Part shown: positions 1-12,943 of the stretch, piece by piece
How the letters are laid out: the number at the start of each line of letters is the position of its first letter
How positions within the stretch are numbered: the first letter of the stretch is position 1
Source: Octopus sinensis
Taxonomy: Eukaryota
Direction of reading: 5' to 3'
Assembly: GCF_006345805.1 (NCBI RefSeq)
Contig: NC_043012.1
Location: forward strand, 42,470,001 to 42,534,000
DNA length: 64,000 nucleotides
Notes under the pieces: generated by a model
Database searches by the model: none
Told to the model about the DNA's origin: nothing
Seen by the model: only the letters and a program-made list of their open reading frames with translations
Translations under genes and position numbers: made by a program

Positions 1-489
1 ATGGTGATGGAGTGATGATTTGGTATAAACGCTTGATTGCCCGATTAAATAAATTACACTATTTAGTTGTTTTATTTGTTTTAGTTTCTGTTTTGGTTTT
101 ATTTGTTTCCTCAAGTAGCGATCATGTTTCAATTCCCGGTTGAAATCAATTCGCACTACTAACGTTCAAGGAAAGAACATGGACAATACAACTTTCCAGC
201 GACGCTTCCCATGAAAAAGCATGACATATTTTTGTATTATCCAAAAAATACAAAAAGCTCCAGCAATGTTCTTTTGTTTTCTCACTTTCTTCCACAATAC
301 CGATTCGATTTCCTACTAAATTTAAGTGTGATACAGAAATCTTGGAGAAATCAAGAGTAACAGAATGGTCCATTTCGGTACTTCTCTTATCTAGCATTAA
401 GAATTATCCATTGCTTGCGTGAGTAGGTTCCTAACCACTGACATCAAGTAAATCAAAAGCGTAGCAGGACAAAGGAAATGATGCATTAA

Positions 490-877
490 TCTCTCTATAT
501 ATAAAGCTGAAGTTGTCTGTGTATGGCAGGTTTGGTAGCCTTCAACTAACACTATCCCTCCGAGACTCTGCGGCACAAGTTGATCAAAATTGAGAGTATG
601 ATAGAAGAAGGCTTGATCTTCCTTCCGTAGAAGAAAAATTTCAAATCGGACATGTTAACACCAAAAATTATTTACATCAAAAAGGTGCTTTTTCCCCCTG
701 AAAATCCCTATTTTTTACGATTTTTGACTGCTGTGTCGCCATTTTTCGGTGTATTTCAACCAGAAAAATGTTCACTTAAAGGAAATAACAAGCTAAATAA
801 TGCAAAATTTTACCTTTCAAAAATTCCAATTCTAAAGGGTCAAAACAAACCCGAGCAACGCCGGGCGATACTGCTAG
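490..877 (+). mobile_element. Non-autonomous Helitron-like element
   Basis: Starts A|TC (TCTCTCTATATATAAAG). Ends with a CCCG-AGCAACGC-CGGG hairpin followed by CTAG|T. No TSD; A/T target as expected for Helitrons. Confidence 0.7.
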
Positions 878-1565
878 TATATATAATAGACACACTAAAG
901 AGAAATAGCAACGATTTGAACAACCACCACTATATACAAAGAAAGACATCCTTATAAAGAAAACCTGCAAATCCAAAATGTGCAAAACAATAAAGCTATA
1001 CAATAGGTTGGTATAGGAATTATGCCACTTACTTTAAAGGTCAGGTTAAAATTTTGACTCGAAACCTAACATAAGTATCTATCCATCAAATATTTCCTGA
1101 AATATTAATCAAAGCGACAAAATTGACACAGCATCAGGTAATCCCTGATAGAGCAGAGTTATAAATTGAACAATCATATGCCACCGCCAGTATCTAGAAA
1201 TGACAGGGTAACAATATGTTTGGACAGGTTTATTCATAATGATAGACAATTAAGATCATCAATTTATATGTTAAAAACGATGAGTTATTGCAAGGAAAAT
1301 CACAGCTAATGAATTTCAAATGTTTGCGGATGAAAACATTTCCTTGAAAGGACAACTTAGAGAGACTGTCTGAATGAGAAAAACTTAGGAAAGGAAATAA
1401 ATAAATTGTTGAGGCTGAAAATTTAAACAACTCAGCTATGGTAAGAGCACTTGAGAGTTATAAAATGAAGGCAAATCGAGAGATAGACACAATATTCAGA
1501 ATATCCGAAATAGGAAGAAGAGCACTAATAACACATACACAGAATAGCACTATTAGTCACAGCAC

Positions 1566-1566
1566 A

Positions 1567-1633
<67 letters not shown>

Positions 1634-1649
1634 TAGGAAGGTAGGTAGG

Positions 1650-1708
<59 letters not shown>

Positions 1709-1717
1709 GAAGGTAGG

Positions 1718-1800
<83 letters not shown>
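1566..1800. repeat. (AGAT)n compound microsatellite
   Basis: Direct reading. Similar (AGAT)n/(ACAT)n tracts at 2533-2722, 11385-11435 and 54205-54300. Confidence 0.95.
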
Positions 1801-2531
1801 GCAGGAAGGTAGGTAGGTAGAGAAAATGCATACATACTTAAATACGTAAATTCATACATACATACATACACAAGCTTACATACATGCATACATAAATATA
1901 TACATACATATGTACATATATACATTGCTATATACAGATAAATATTTAAAATCCGTCGTATAACGACAAAAGTGTGAGTGAATCGTAATACACTCGATGC
2001 ATGTGATGTAAAGCTGTTGATGCAGCTCTTACGGTATAACGTAACGGAACAATGAATTGATAGTCTTAGCAAGAGCTTAACAAACTCTAAAACTTCAATG
2101 TGTTGTAAAATCCAGTGGATCAGACACTACATAGATAAGGAAGAGAAAGTGTATTGATTTTTTTAAATAATGCATGCAAATATCTACCACTCTCAGAAGT
2201 TCAGATTTAAGTTTAGAGAATAACTACTTAAAGCATATGCAGACTATTGATATGGCCTGTCTGAGAATAACATCAAGGAAAAAAAGCAAGCGAAAAAAAT
2301 AAGTATTAATGTTAGTCTTTGAAATGGCAGAAAAGAGATTTTGAATTAGAGATTGTGCTAACGGCGATTGGTTGAATTGGCAAAGAAATAACGCAAGTTG
2401 AAAGACAAATGAACAAGTTAATTAAATGGGCGATAACTATCGAAGTTGTTTGGGCTAGATCAGAGCTGATGTAGCAGATATATGACCAAAAGCATTCGAG
2501 CCGTGACCATTTCATCTTATTATATATATAT

Positions 2532-2655
<124 letters not shown>

Positions 2656-2679
2656 TAGATACATACATACATACATACA

Positions 2680-2713
<34 letters not shown>

Positions 2714-2723
2714 CATACATACA

Positions 2724-3193
2724 TTATTATGGCTGACTCCTCGTTATCGAGTATGGCCATTGCACGAAGCTTAACTGTTACTGGTGCTGTGATCGAATGT
2801 GACTTTTTAGCCCAGCTAAAGATCTACAATGTCTTGTACAAAATTAGCAACTAAGACCTTTACTAGTCATAACCGGTTGTAGTTGTAACTGGGCTTCATG
2901 TACCTTTGCATGTCGTTTAAGTCCTCCTGCCGAATTACACTCTCTTCCACATGCCCGACAGATATGATTAGTATGGTGTATTACACCACCATCAGTGGCC
3001 AGGTTGTCACTCATCTGTCTTATTTTATGACTACGAAGATGACTCATGAGTCCAGCTTTACCGAGGCAGGGTCTTGCACAGACATTGCATGTCAGAATCA
3101 AAGGAAGACTCTTCCCTTCTGGAAGTGTAACAGCGTTGCCCTTCCTGACATCCCTCCTTACTTTCTCATGTACAACTCGAGATTTCTCAAACG

Positions 3194-3194
<1 letters not shown>
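2724..3194 (-). mobile_element. RTE-clade LINE 3' fragment
   Basis: Translation FEKSRVVHEKVRRDVRKG then three CxxCxRxCxSxxGLxSH-type zinc fingers (one past an in-frame stop). A short 3' UTR runs into an (ATGT)n tail. Confidence 0.75.
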
Positions 3195-3225
<31 letters not shown>

Positions 3226-3229
3226 GTGT

Positions 3230-3600
3230 GGAGGCGCAATGGCCCAGTGGTTAAGGCAGTGGACTCGCGGTCGTAGAATCGTAGTTTCAATTCCCAGCTT
3301 GGATGTTGTGAGTGTTTATTGAGCGAAAACACCGAAAGCTCTACGAGGCTCCGGCAGGGGGTGATGGCAAACCCTATTGTACTCTTTCACCCCGACTTTC
3401 TCTCATTCTTTCTTCCTGTTTCTTGTATTTCAAGGAGCCAGCCTTGTCACGCCCTGTGTCACGCTGAATCTCCCCGAGAACTATGTTAAGGGTACACGTG
3501 TCTGTAAAGTGTTCAGCCACTTGCATATTAATTTCACAAGCAGGCTGTTCCGTTGATCGATGACCTGGGACCCACGTCATCGTAACGACAGAGTGCCACG
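3230..3600 (+). mobile_element. tRNA-derived SINE
   Basis: Head GGAGGCGCAATGGCCCAGTGGTTAAG (A box) and GTTTCAATTCCC (B-box-like), then a non-tRNA body ending in a (TG)n tract. Confidence 0.75.
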
Positions 3601-3789
3601 ATATTATTGTGTGGTGTGTGTGTGTGTGTGTGTGTGTTGTGTGTGTGTGTGTGTGTTCGAGATTCTTTGACTCTGTATAGAAGAATCAATTCATTGACTA
3701 ATACACACACATATATGTGCTCGTGAGCCAGTGGGTGTATGTGTGTGTGTATGACTACATTATATAGGTTATTGTTTCTTTCTTTTATC

Positions 3790-4260
3790 TTTTACGTGCT
3801 TCAGCCACTGGACTTCGGCCATGCTGGGGCACCGATATGAAAGCGTTTTTAGTCGAACAAATCAACTCAGTGTTGATGTGTTAGTTTTTGCTCTTTTTTT
3901 GCTTTCGTTTTTTGTTTGTTTGTTTTGTTTTGTTTTTGGTAGTCTAATACTTGTTCTATCGGTAACTGTTGCAAGCTACTAAGTTATAAGGACTTGAACA
4001 ACCAACGCCGGTTGTCAAGCTGTGAGGTATTGACAAACACAGACACAAAGATACACATGGACATAGATATACCCCTTATATCTCTGTATTTAATCATTTG
4101 ATTTTTTTTTTTGTTTTTTATGTACTACATGACGGTATTTCGTGTACCAAATTTATTCTTAAGGCATCATCTGGATTGGAACACTAGTAGAAGATACTTG
4201 CCCAGGGTGCCGTATGCTGAGAATAACCAGAAAAATAGTTACAAAGCGAGATTTCAACCA
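3790..4260 (-). mobile_element. Degenerate copy of the SINE family at 4718-5130
   Basis: Shares the GGCCATGCTGGGGCACCG, GGTTGTCAAGC and AGAAGATACTTGCCCAGGGTGCC blocks with 4718-5130. Confidence 0.6.
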
Positions 4261-4562
4261 CTCAGCCGTCCTGCGCTTGTATGTTGTATCTTCTACATCA
4301 TTAAAATGAAGTGTGCGATTCTGAAAGATTAGGTACTTTCTAGCACGTCGAGTGTGCATATTGTTGGCTTATCTAAAGCCCGCTTTAAAAGAATTTATAT
4401 AACGATGGTGTCGAGATATTTTGTCTGTAGGTTTTTGTCTGCGTGTTTAAGTAAAACAATATTGACCTTCAAATTTTAGCGCAAGACTAGTAATCCTTGG
4501 GAAAGACTAAGTCGACCCCAGTTCTCAACTACTACTACTTATATTCTCTACACTAAAAGGAT

Positions 4563-4661
4563 NNNNNNNNNNNNNNNNNNNNNNNNNNNNNNNNNNNNNN
4601 NNNNNNNNNNNNNNNNNNNNNNNNNNNNNNNNNNNNNNNNNNNNNNNNNNNNNNNNNNNNN
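4563..4661. other. Assembly gap (99 N)
   Basis: Run of N. Confidence 1.
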
Positions 4662-4717
4662 NTATATATATATTATATATATATATATATATATAGTATA
4701 TATTCTCATTTCTCTCA

Positions 4718-5130
4718 TTTACTCATTTACTTGTTTCAGTCATTTGACTGCGGCCATGCTGGAGCACCGCCATTCGTTCGAGCAACTCGACCCCGGGACT
4801 TATTCTTTTTGTAAGCCCAGTACTTATTCTATCGGTCTCTTTTTACCGAACCGCTAAGTGACGGGGACGTAAACACACCAGCCTCGGTTGTCAAGCAATG
4901 CTAGGGGAACAAACACAGAGACACAAACACACACACATACATACATATATATATATATACATATATACGACAGGCTTCTTTCAGTTTCCGTCTACCAAAT
5001 CCACCCACAAGGCATTGGTCGGCCCGGGGTCATAGCAGAAGACACTTGTCCAAGATGCCACGCAGTGGGACTGAACCCGGAACCATGTGGTTGGTTAGCA
5101 AGCTACTTACCACACAGCCACTCCTGCGCC
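4718..5130 (-). mobile_element. tRNA-derived SINE with LINE-like 3' tail
   Basis: Minus-strand head GGCGCAGGAGTGGCTGTGTGG (A box) and GGTTCAGTCCC (B box). The 3' tail matches the LINE 3' end at 61821-61862. Confidence 0.85.
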
Positions 5131-5215
5131 ATATATATATATCTTTATATATATATATACATATATATATATAACTTTATATATATATGTATGTATATAT
5201 GACTTTATATATATT

Positions 5216-5246
<31 letters not shown>

Positions 5247-5262
5247 TATAATATATATATAT

Positions 5263-5299
<37 letters not shown>

Positions 5300-5301
<2 letters not shown>

Positions 5302-5582
5302 GAAATAGAAAGATGAATAATCTTGTTGCAGATAAATCAAAAGTTTAACCGATACCTTGTAGCAAAAATCACAGCAGAAGACAGCACGGTTGGAGTACGA
5401 CCATATGGTGTTGCAACCGTGCGTTGGTGCGGATAATTGAATTTTAATATTATTAGTGAATTGAAGAAATGGAGTTGAACGAAGATTGAACAGAAATCGT
5501 TTCGAACCCGTGTAGAATGCAATAAAACGATTTCTGTTCAATCTTCGTTCAACTCCATTTCTTCAATTCACTAATAATATTA
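5300..5582. mobile_element. Penelope-like terminal-repeat remnant with 58-bp perfect inverted repeat
   Basis: Arms 5445-5502 and 5525-5582. The arm sequence resembles the region just 3' of the hammerhead at 40763-40808 (TCGTTCAACTCCATT block). Confidence 0.55.
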
Positions 5583-5639
5583 TATAATATAATATATATA
5601 TATATATTATATAATTAGGGCCTAGTAAAATAAATTACT

Positions 5640-6419
<780 letters not shown>

Positions 6420-6421
<2 letters not shown>

Positions 6422-7320
6422 GGGAAGACGAAGGCAGGTGGAAAACAAACAAACAATTGTATTAGTATGGCGCTCAGGAATATAAATAAAACAAGTCTTT
6501 AACGTTTCGAGCCTACGCTCTTCAACAGAAAGATACACCAGAGAGAAAAAAAACACAGAAAGAAGGAGAGAAAAAAATGCGTGCAATAACTAACGAATCA
6601 ACATGGCGATCTGATTTCGGCCAGAGGTCAGAGATCAAACATGAGACGCGAGAGCGAAATAAGGGAGATAATAGGGTGATAATAGGGTTGAATGACCAGC
6701 TCCAACATAAGGGTGTGTGTGTGTGTGTGTGTATGAGAGAGTATAGTGCGTATGAGAGGTCTGGACGTGTATGTATAAGGTTGGTGTATGTATTAGTATG
6801 TATTAGTATGTATAAGGGTGTGTGTGTGTGTGTATGAGAGAGTATTAGTGCGTATGAGAGGTCTGGACGTGTGTATGTATAGGGTTGTGTATGTATTAGT
6901 ATGTATTAGTACGTATTAGTATGTATAAGGTGTGTGTGTGTTGTGTTTATGAGAGAGTATAAGTGCGTATGAGAGGCCTGGACGTGTGTATGTATAGGGT
7001 TGGTGTATGTATTAGTATGGCACATCATATATGATGTGATGTGTAAGTCGTGTGGTGTAGTGTGGAGAGAGGAGAAGAGGGGGAGGAGAGGAGGGGGAGA
7101 GGAAGGGGCGGACGGGGAGGAGGGGAGGAGGAAAGAGGGAGAGGGGGAGAGAGAAGGGGAGTGAGTGAGCAGAGGGAAGGAAGAGGGAAGGAGGGAGGGA
7201 GAAAGAGGGAAGAAGGGAAGGGGAGTAGGGGTGAAAGGATGAAGGACTGAAGAAGTAGGGGTCGGGGGAAGGTAGGTGAGGAGGGGGGAGAGGGGGGTTA
7301 GATGAGGAGGGGGATATAAA
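6420..7320 (-). mobile_element. 3' terminal portion of the Penelope-like family seen at 51012-52440
   Basis: Near-identical blocks (GAAGGCAGGTGGAA...GCTCTTCAACAGAAAG...CATAAGGGTGTG...GA-rich) to 51040-52040. No GIY-YIG ORF retained. Confidence 0.7.
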
Positions 7321-7474
7321 ATAGAAATATTAAAATTACTAAGTCTCTCTAAAGGAGATTACGGCAGCGTTACTGGATATTCATAGTTATCGCCATACTA
7401 ATATGGCAGTCTATAAATATAAGACTAAAGCTTATATATATGTCTGCACATGTCTTTATAATATATATATATAT

Positions 7475-7517
<43 letters not shown>

Positions 7518-7537
7518 GTTTGTGTGTGTGTGTGTAT

Positions 7538-7568
<31 letters not shown>

Positions 7569-7684
7569 TTGTGTGTGTGTGTGTGTGTGTAAATATATCT
7601 TTATATATATATATCTTTATATATACATATCTTTATATATATAAACATATATGTCCGAAACTGATTATATGAAACTTACAGTGT

Positions 7685-8269
7685 ACACTGGTCCTCTGGG
7701 AATTTCAATCCCAGAGCCTAAGTCAGTGAGGAACCTGGGTATCGAGATGAATGATGATACCTCTTTCCAAGGGCACATTACCAGGATGGCGACAAAGTGC
7801 AGACGACTGGCTGGCTGGATCCTAAGGACATTCAGAACCAGAAATAAGGAAACCATGAAGGTCCTCTGGAGGACATTCGTCCTCAGCCACCTGGATTACT
7901 GCACACAGCTATGGTCACCCACCAGTGTGAAATTAACAGCGGACCTTGAAGCAATCCAGAGAAGATTCACAAAGAAGATCGTCTCTTTGCAACAGCTCAG
8001 CTATTGGGAAAGGTTGAAACTGCTAAGACTCTACTTCCTGGAGAGAAGACGGGAGAGGTATGCAGTAATATATATCTGGAAGATCCTGGAAGGAATTGTG
8101 CCAAATGTTGGCATTGAAAGCTACACCAATGCCAGAACGGGACGACACTGCACAGTGCCAAAGATCCCCGCAACGCCATCGTGCTTCAGGACCAGTTACT
8201 GCAACAGCCTGGGTTTTTCAAGGGTCCACAGCTTTTTAATATTCTCCCAAAGAGTCTGAGGAACCTGCA
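7685..8269 (+). mobile_element. CR1-group LINE ORF2 C-terminal fragment, interrupted by an LTR element
   Basis: SVRNLGI...HLDYCTQLWSP...SYWERLK...ERRRERY...CNSLGF. Same family as 61810-64000. Homology stops at the TGTTG LTR start at 8270. Confidence 0.85.
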
Positions 8270-10945
8270 TGTTGTGTGGACGCCCCCAGACGATGAAGTA
8301 GGCTAGCCCAATACGTAGATATAGAGGGAGAAGTCTAGACGTCAAGGAATTGAGTAGAAGATTTTGTAGTTGACAGGTGTTATTTTGAGTTGCTGAAGTT
8401 GAGTTATATTTGTGAGTAGAAGTGAATTTATTGTTGATATTGCTCTTATTAATACCGTTGTTATTACTGTTAATTTTTTGTGTTGTTGAATCTTCCGATT
8501 GAGAAGGTGCCAGCGGGCGGCCACAGCTATGCAGTCGCAACTGGAGGACAAGCAGAGAAGGAAGCATTGAAGACGTATGAAATAAAAGTCGAGCCCAGAA
8601 AGATGAAGCCTGGCAAGAATCTGCTGAGAAAGGAAGGCGAGAAGATAATGTTGATGCCATCCGAGGAACTGACGAACAGTGTTATGAAGAGGACGGTGAC
8701 GTACAAGACCGTGAAGGCCGCTACTAGAAAAATTGAGATAGCATCGGTGGAGGAGATCGAGAAGGTGCTGGAAAGCATGAAGAAGGTGATAATATTCAGA
8801 GCATGAGGCAGGAAATATGCCACTGTGGACGTGCGTTTTACGTCAGAGGAGGAAGCGGTGAGGCATGTGACGGAGGCAATCCGCTCAGGAGAATGGATTC
8901 TTCAGCCATCCTATTGCGGCAAACGTGTAGCGAGAGTTCGGGTGGGTCAGGTACCCACTGAGCTGGAGGAAGCATGGCTGATGATGGCTATCATGTATAG
9001 CATGGAGGAGGAGGCCAAAATTCTGAAGGCAACCAGAACAAACAAGGTGGACTACTGGGCTATGGGTTGGAGTTAACAATCCAGGCAACAGTGGAAGACC
9101 TCAACAGAATACCAGAGGAGATAGTGTTACCTGACGGGTTTTCACTAAGAATGAAGGATGAGGGCAAACCGCCTGTGTGTTATGAATGTGGCGAAAAGGG
9201 TCACATGAAGGCGAGATGCCCACGAAAAGAACAGATAGAGACTAACGAAAACGTTGAACAGGCAGTGACAGTTGAGAATAAGGAGAAAGCTGACGAAGAA
9301 GAATTCAAACTGTTGGAAAGAAAAAGGAGTAGTGGTAGGGTAACCCTGCCGCCGACTAACCAAAAAAAGAAGAAAGAAGAGGTGGAAAAGAAAGAAACGA
9401 CGAGAAAGAAAGAGGATACGGAAAAGGAAAGTGATCGAATAATTAAGGTGTGTGACAACGAGTCAGAGAAGGAGGAAGCGTGTACAGGTGATTTGACGGA
9501 GGTCTTAGGAACGCAACTACAGGAGGATGAGATGGAGAAGCTGTTTACGGTAGAGACGGAGAAAGAGAAGGTACCAGACTCAGAGAAGAGTATAGAGGAG
9601 CTGTTGTTAGAAAAGGTAGTAAAGGAAGAAAGGAGAAGACTGAGAGGAGGTAAGAACCAATGGAATTTTGTAACCTATTCGAAGAATAAGGAGGTGGAGA
9701 AGAAAATAGTTAAATTTAAGCACATCATTAGGGTAAAGCTACCAACTGACGTGTACCCAGAGAGTGTAGAGGCCATTGTGGTCGATAGAGGAACATAAGG
9801 AAGCTTAAGGATATATGTGGAAATAGGATTGACCCAGTTGGTGGAGTTTAATGAGCTGCCACCGGTAATCGATCTGGTGGAGTTAGAGCTGTATATGAGG
9901 CATTAAAATGAGGGGGAAAAAAGGAAAAAAAGAAAGGAAAAAGTTTGAAGAAATAGGAAAAAAACGATAATTAAATGAAAAAAAAGAAAAAATTATCAAC
10001 AGACAGTGTGTGTACAAACGTTCAAATGGTACTGTATGAGGAGTGGGGCCCATGTAGCCATTCATCTTACATTTTTATATAATTCATATTCATTCGTTAT
10101 ATGTTTATTGTCCCCACTGTGGTGTTGTGTCTGTCTTTGTAATGTCCCCTCTGTGTTAAGTGGCCTGAGTGCCAAAATAAAAAATCAGTTGAGTAGAGGT
10201 CATCCGAACGTGTGATATAACAGTGGTGACGAGGATTTCGTAGCTCACACAGCCACTGTGTAGTATTGCGATATAACAGTGGCGACGAGGTTTCGAATAG
10301 TACCGAAATGGAAGAGTTACTGAAAGCAGTTGTAAAACAACATGAGCAACAGCAGCAACAACTACAGAAGTTGTTACTGCAGTCGAGAAATATGACAGAA
10401 TCATTTTCAGCAGATGGTGTTGCAAATTCCATCGAAGAATTTCACTGCAATCCGGATGAAGGAACTACTTTTGCTGCATATTACAGACAATACGAAGACG
10501 TATTCCAAGAGGAATGCAAGAGATGGTCTAATGAAAGGAAGGTAAGGCTCTTTTTGCGAAAGCTTGCTACTCCGAAACACGAAAGATTTTCTAATTTTAT
10601 TTTACCGAGAAAGCTCGCGCAATTGTGTTTTGATGAAACGATAAATATTTTGACTAATATTTTTAGCGAGAAAAGTTCACAGTTTAACATTCGGTGGGAA
10701 TGCTTAAATTTAAAGAAAAATGAGCCGACGATTTTGTAATATATGCTGGTATGATTAATAAGGCTTGCAAAAGGTTTAAGCTGAAAGAATTAATGCCAGA
10801 TATGTTCAAGTGCCTAATATTTGTTAAAGGGCTGGTGGCAACGGAAGACGCGGAAATTAGAAAAAGAATATTATCAAAGTTGAATCAAAATGTGAAACTC
10901 ACTTTGCAGAATATGGCTGAGGAATGCCAACAAATAATAAACATT
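8270..10945 (+). mobile_element. Ty3/Gypsy LTR retrotransposon 5' part (LTR 8270-10222 split by an insertion, PBS, gag fragment 10308-10945)
   Basis: TGTTG...TAACA termini. PBS TGGTGACGAGGAT (10224-10236) is complementary to the tRNA-Ser(GCU) 3' end. The gag-like ORF (FAAYYRQYEDVF...KVRLFLRKL...FKCLIFVKGL) has one frameshift near 10720. Confidence 0.8.
8359..10188 (+). mobile_element. ORF1-only Tx1/L1-type element (HAL1-like), disabled copy
   Basis: 9-bp TSD TTGAGTAGA (8350-8358 and 10189-10197) and an AATAAA/A-rich 3' end. ORF1 (~8495-9906) aligns to the ORF1 at 15557 (GRKYATVDVRFTSEE; CCHC knuckle CYECGEKGHMKARC). No endonuclease or RT sequence. Confidence 0.8.
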
Positions 10946-11370
10946 TGTACATTATTATTCTGTCTTGTTTTGTTCTTATTGTCCTGTTCTTGTTACCACT
11001 TTTACCCTCCGCAAAAAATCACAAATTTTTATTTAATTTGCTTTGCGGGAAGGACTGTTTCAACAAAGTCGCGTCTTATCCCTACCTTCAAACGCAGAGT
11101 AGATGAAACAGGGACAACTGAAGAAGGGGAATATTCCTTGTGTTGTATGTCTTATACTCTGTTTTTTTTTCGTTGTTTGAAAAAACGATCGTTTCTATGT
11201 TTTTGTTTTTATGTTTTCGTTTCTCATTGTGATCAACGTGTTTTTATGTCCTATACCCTTATATGCATGTATATATACATATATATATGTGTAGGTATGT
11301 ACATATATGTATGTATATATGCATATATTTATATATTATTTATATTATTATATTATCGAACACCACGCAT
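10945..11370 (+). mobile_element. Penelope-like terminal repeat fragment
   Basis: High similarity to 31730-32100, which follows a GIY-YIG ORF (CCTCCGCAAAAAAT...GTAGATGAAACA...CTGAAGAAGGGGAA). Confidence 0.65.
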
Positions 11371-11387
11371 CCTTTTCCAAGTAAGTT

Positions 11388-11435
<48 letters not shown>

Positions 11436-11444
11436 TTTTCTCTC

Positions 11445-11937
11445 TGTATGGAGTGAATGGTTACCTCTATGGAAATATATACACACACGTTATACATACA
11501 TGTGTGCATAGATGAATATATAAATACATTTATATATCTATATACACTTTTGGGTGATCTTTCTTTTTCTTAGAGATAACTTTAAATCTTATTTTCGTCC
11601 TAAAAAACTTTGTATGGAGTGAATGGTTACCTCTATGGAAATATATACACACACGTTATACATACATGTGTGCATAGATGAATATATAAATACATTTATA
11701 TATCTATATACACTTTTGGGCGATCTTTCTGCTACTTAGAGATAACTTTAGATCTTATTTTCGTCCTAAAAAACTTTGTGCGGAGTGAATGGTTACGTCT
11801 ATGGAAATATATACACACACATTATACATATAGATGAATATATAAATACATTTAAATATCTATATACACTTTTGGGCGATCTTTCTGCTACTTGAATATA
11901 CTTTAGATCTTATATTCGTCCTAAAAAACTTTGTATG
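11445..11937. repeat. Tandem repeat, three copies of a ~166-bp unit
   Basis: Units start at 11445, 11611 and 11777. The third carries a ~11-bp deletion. Confidence 0.9.
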
Positions 11938-12215
11938 AATTGAAAAATAATATGAATTTAAATTTTTAAGAAAGGAATTTGTTTACATACATGTGTGAAA
12001 TGGCAAATGTTTGTGCAGTTGTCCGAAATGGAACCAGGGTAAATGTGTGGAACTGATGTATAATAATGAATAGGCCTTCTTGTTGTGAATATTAATTTGA
12101 TGAATATGAACTGAAAACCAGTGGTGTAGCAAAAAGGATGACCAGTCTGACTGGCTCATCCCTGTCACACACGCACACACACGCACCCTCACACACACGC
12201 ACACACACACACACA

Positions 12216-12254
<39 letters not shown>

Positions 12255-12255
<1 letters not shown>

Positions 12256-12675
12256 AGCTTACAATTTTATTTATATATTTGCGTGTCTATGTGTGTAAAG
12301 AGGAAGTGGGAGTAATATGCAGAGTAAAGGCTTTGAAGTGAAATGGTAGTTTTCTCGAATTTTTTCTGAAATAGGGGTGAAATTGAAAGAAATTTTGTAT
12401 GTCATGACCGAATGGAAGTACTTTGAAAAATCATAGGTAAACTCTAATTGAAGAAATTGTGTGAGGAGTAAATCGTTATGTATTTATTTGTTTCTCTTTG
12501 CTGTGTTTTCTTTTTTTTGAGTAGTGGTTTAAGGTACACTTGCAAAGAGAAAGTATGAGAAATTATGGTGATAGCATGAGTGATCCGTTTTATATAAATA
12601 CTTTCACTTTAATCGTTGCACACGTGCAAAGAGAAAGGAGAAATTAGGGTGATAGCGTGAGTGAAGTAGATCGCT

Positions 12676-12724
<49 letters not shown>

Positions 12725-12943
12725 AGCCCACACTAAGAAAAGCACTGCACTTACACACCACAATGTGAGTTTTCTCTAAATTTTGCTTAATTGGGGTTGA
12801 AATTTGAAAAACTGGACCTGGCACGACCCGATGTATTCTACTCTTAAAAATGCTAGGTAAATTGTAATTGAAGAAATCCTATATTGTAGATTTCTATAAG
12901 AGACAAGGTGAGGCAGATAAAATCTGCCTTTTATAATAAGAGA
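12255..12943 (-). mobile_element. Possible non-autonomous Helitron-like element
   Basis: Minus-strand start A|TCTCTTATTATAAAAGGCAG resembles the 5' end at 490 and includes an AGGCAGAT-AAA-ATCTGCCT hairpin. The 3' CTRR end was not identified. Confidence 0.3.

Noticed and set aside
146-397. Minus-strand ORF with a CIVH motif resembling Mutator CxxH, and a + strand open stretch near 1400-1560
   Set aside because: A single short motif is too little to assign a transposase without a profile search.
3230-3300. tRNA gene candidates here and at 5060-5130 and 36640-36710
   Set aside because: A and B boxes are present but there is no complete cloverleaf, and each continues into a SINE body.
12026-12045. 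Phase-compatible 20-nt micro-exon upstream of WD40 exon A
   Set aside because: The acceptor is weak, and the surrounding sequence reads better as a decayed PHD-like transposon remnant (CPKWNQGKCV).
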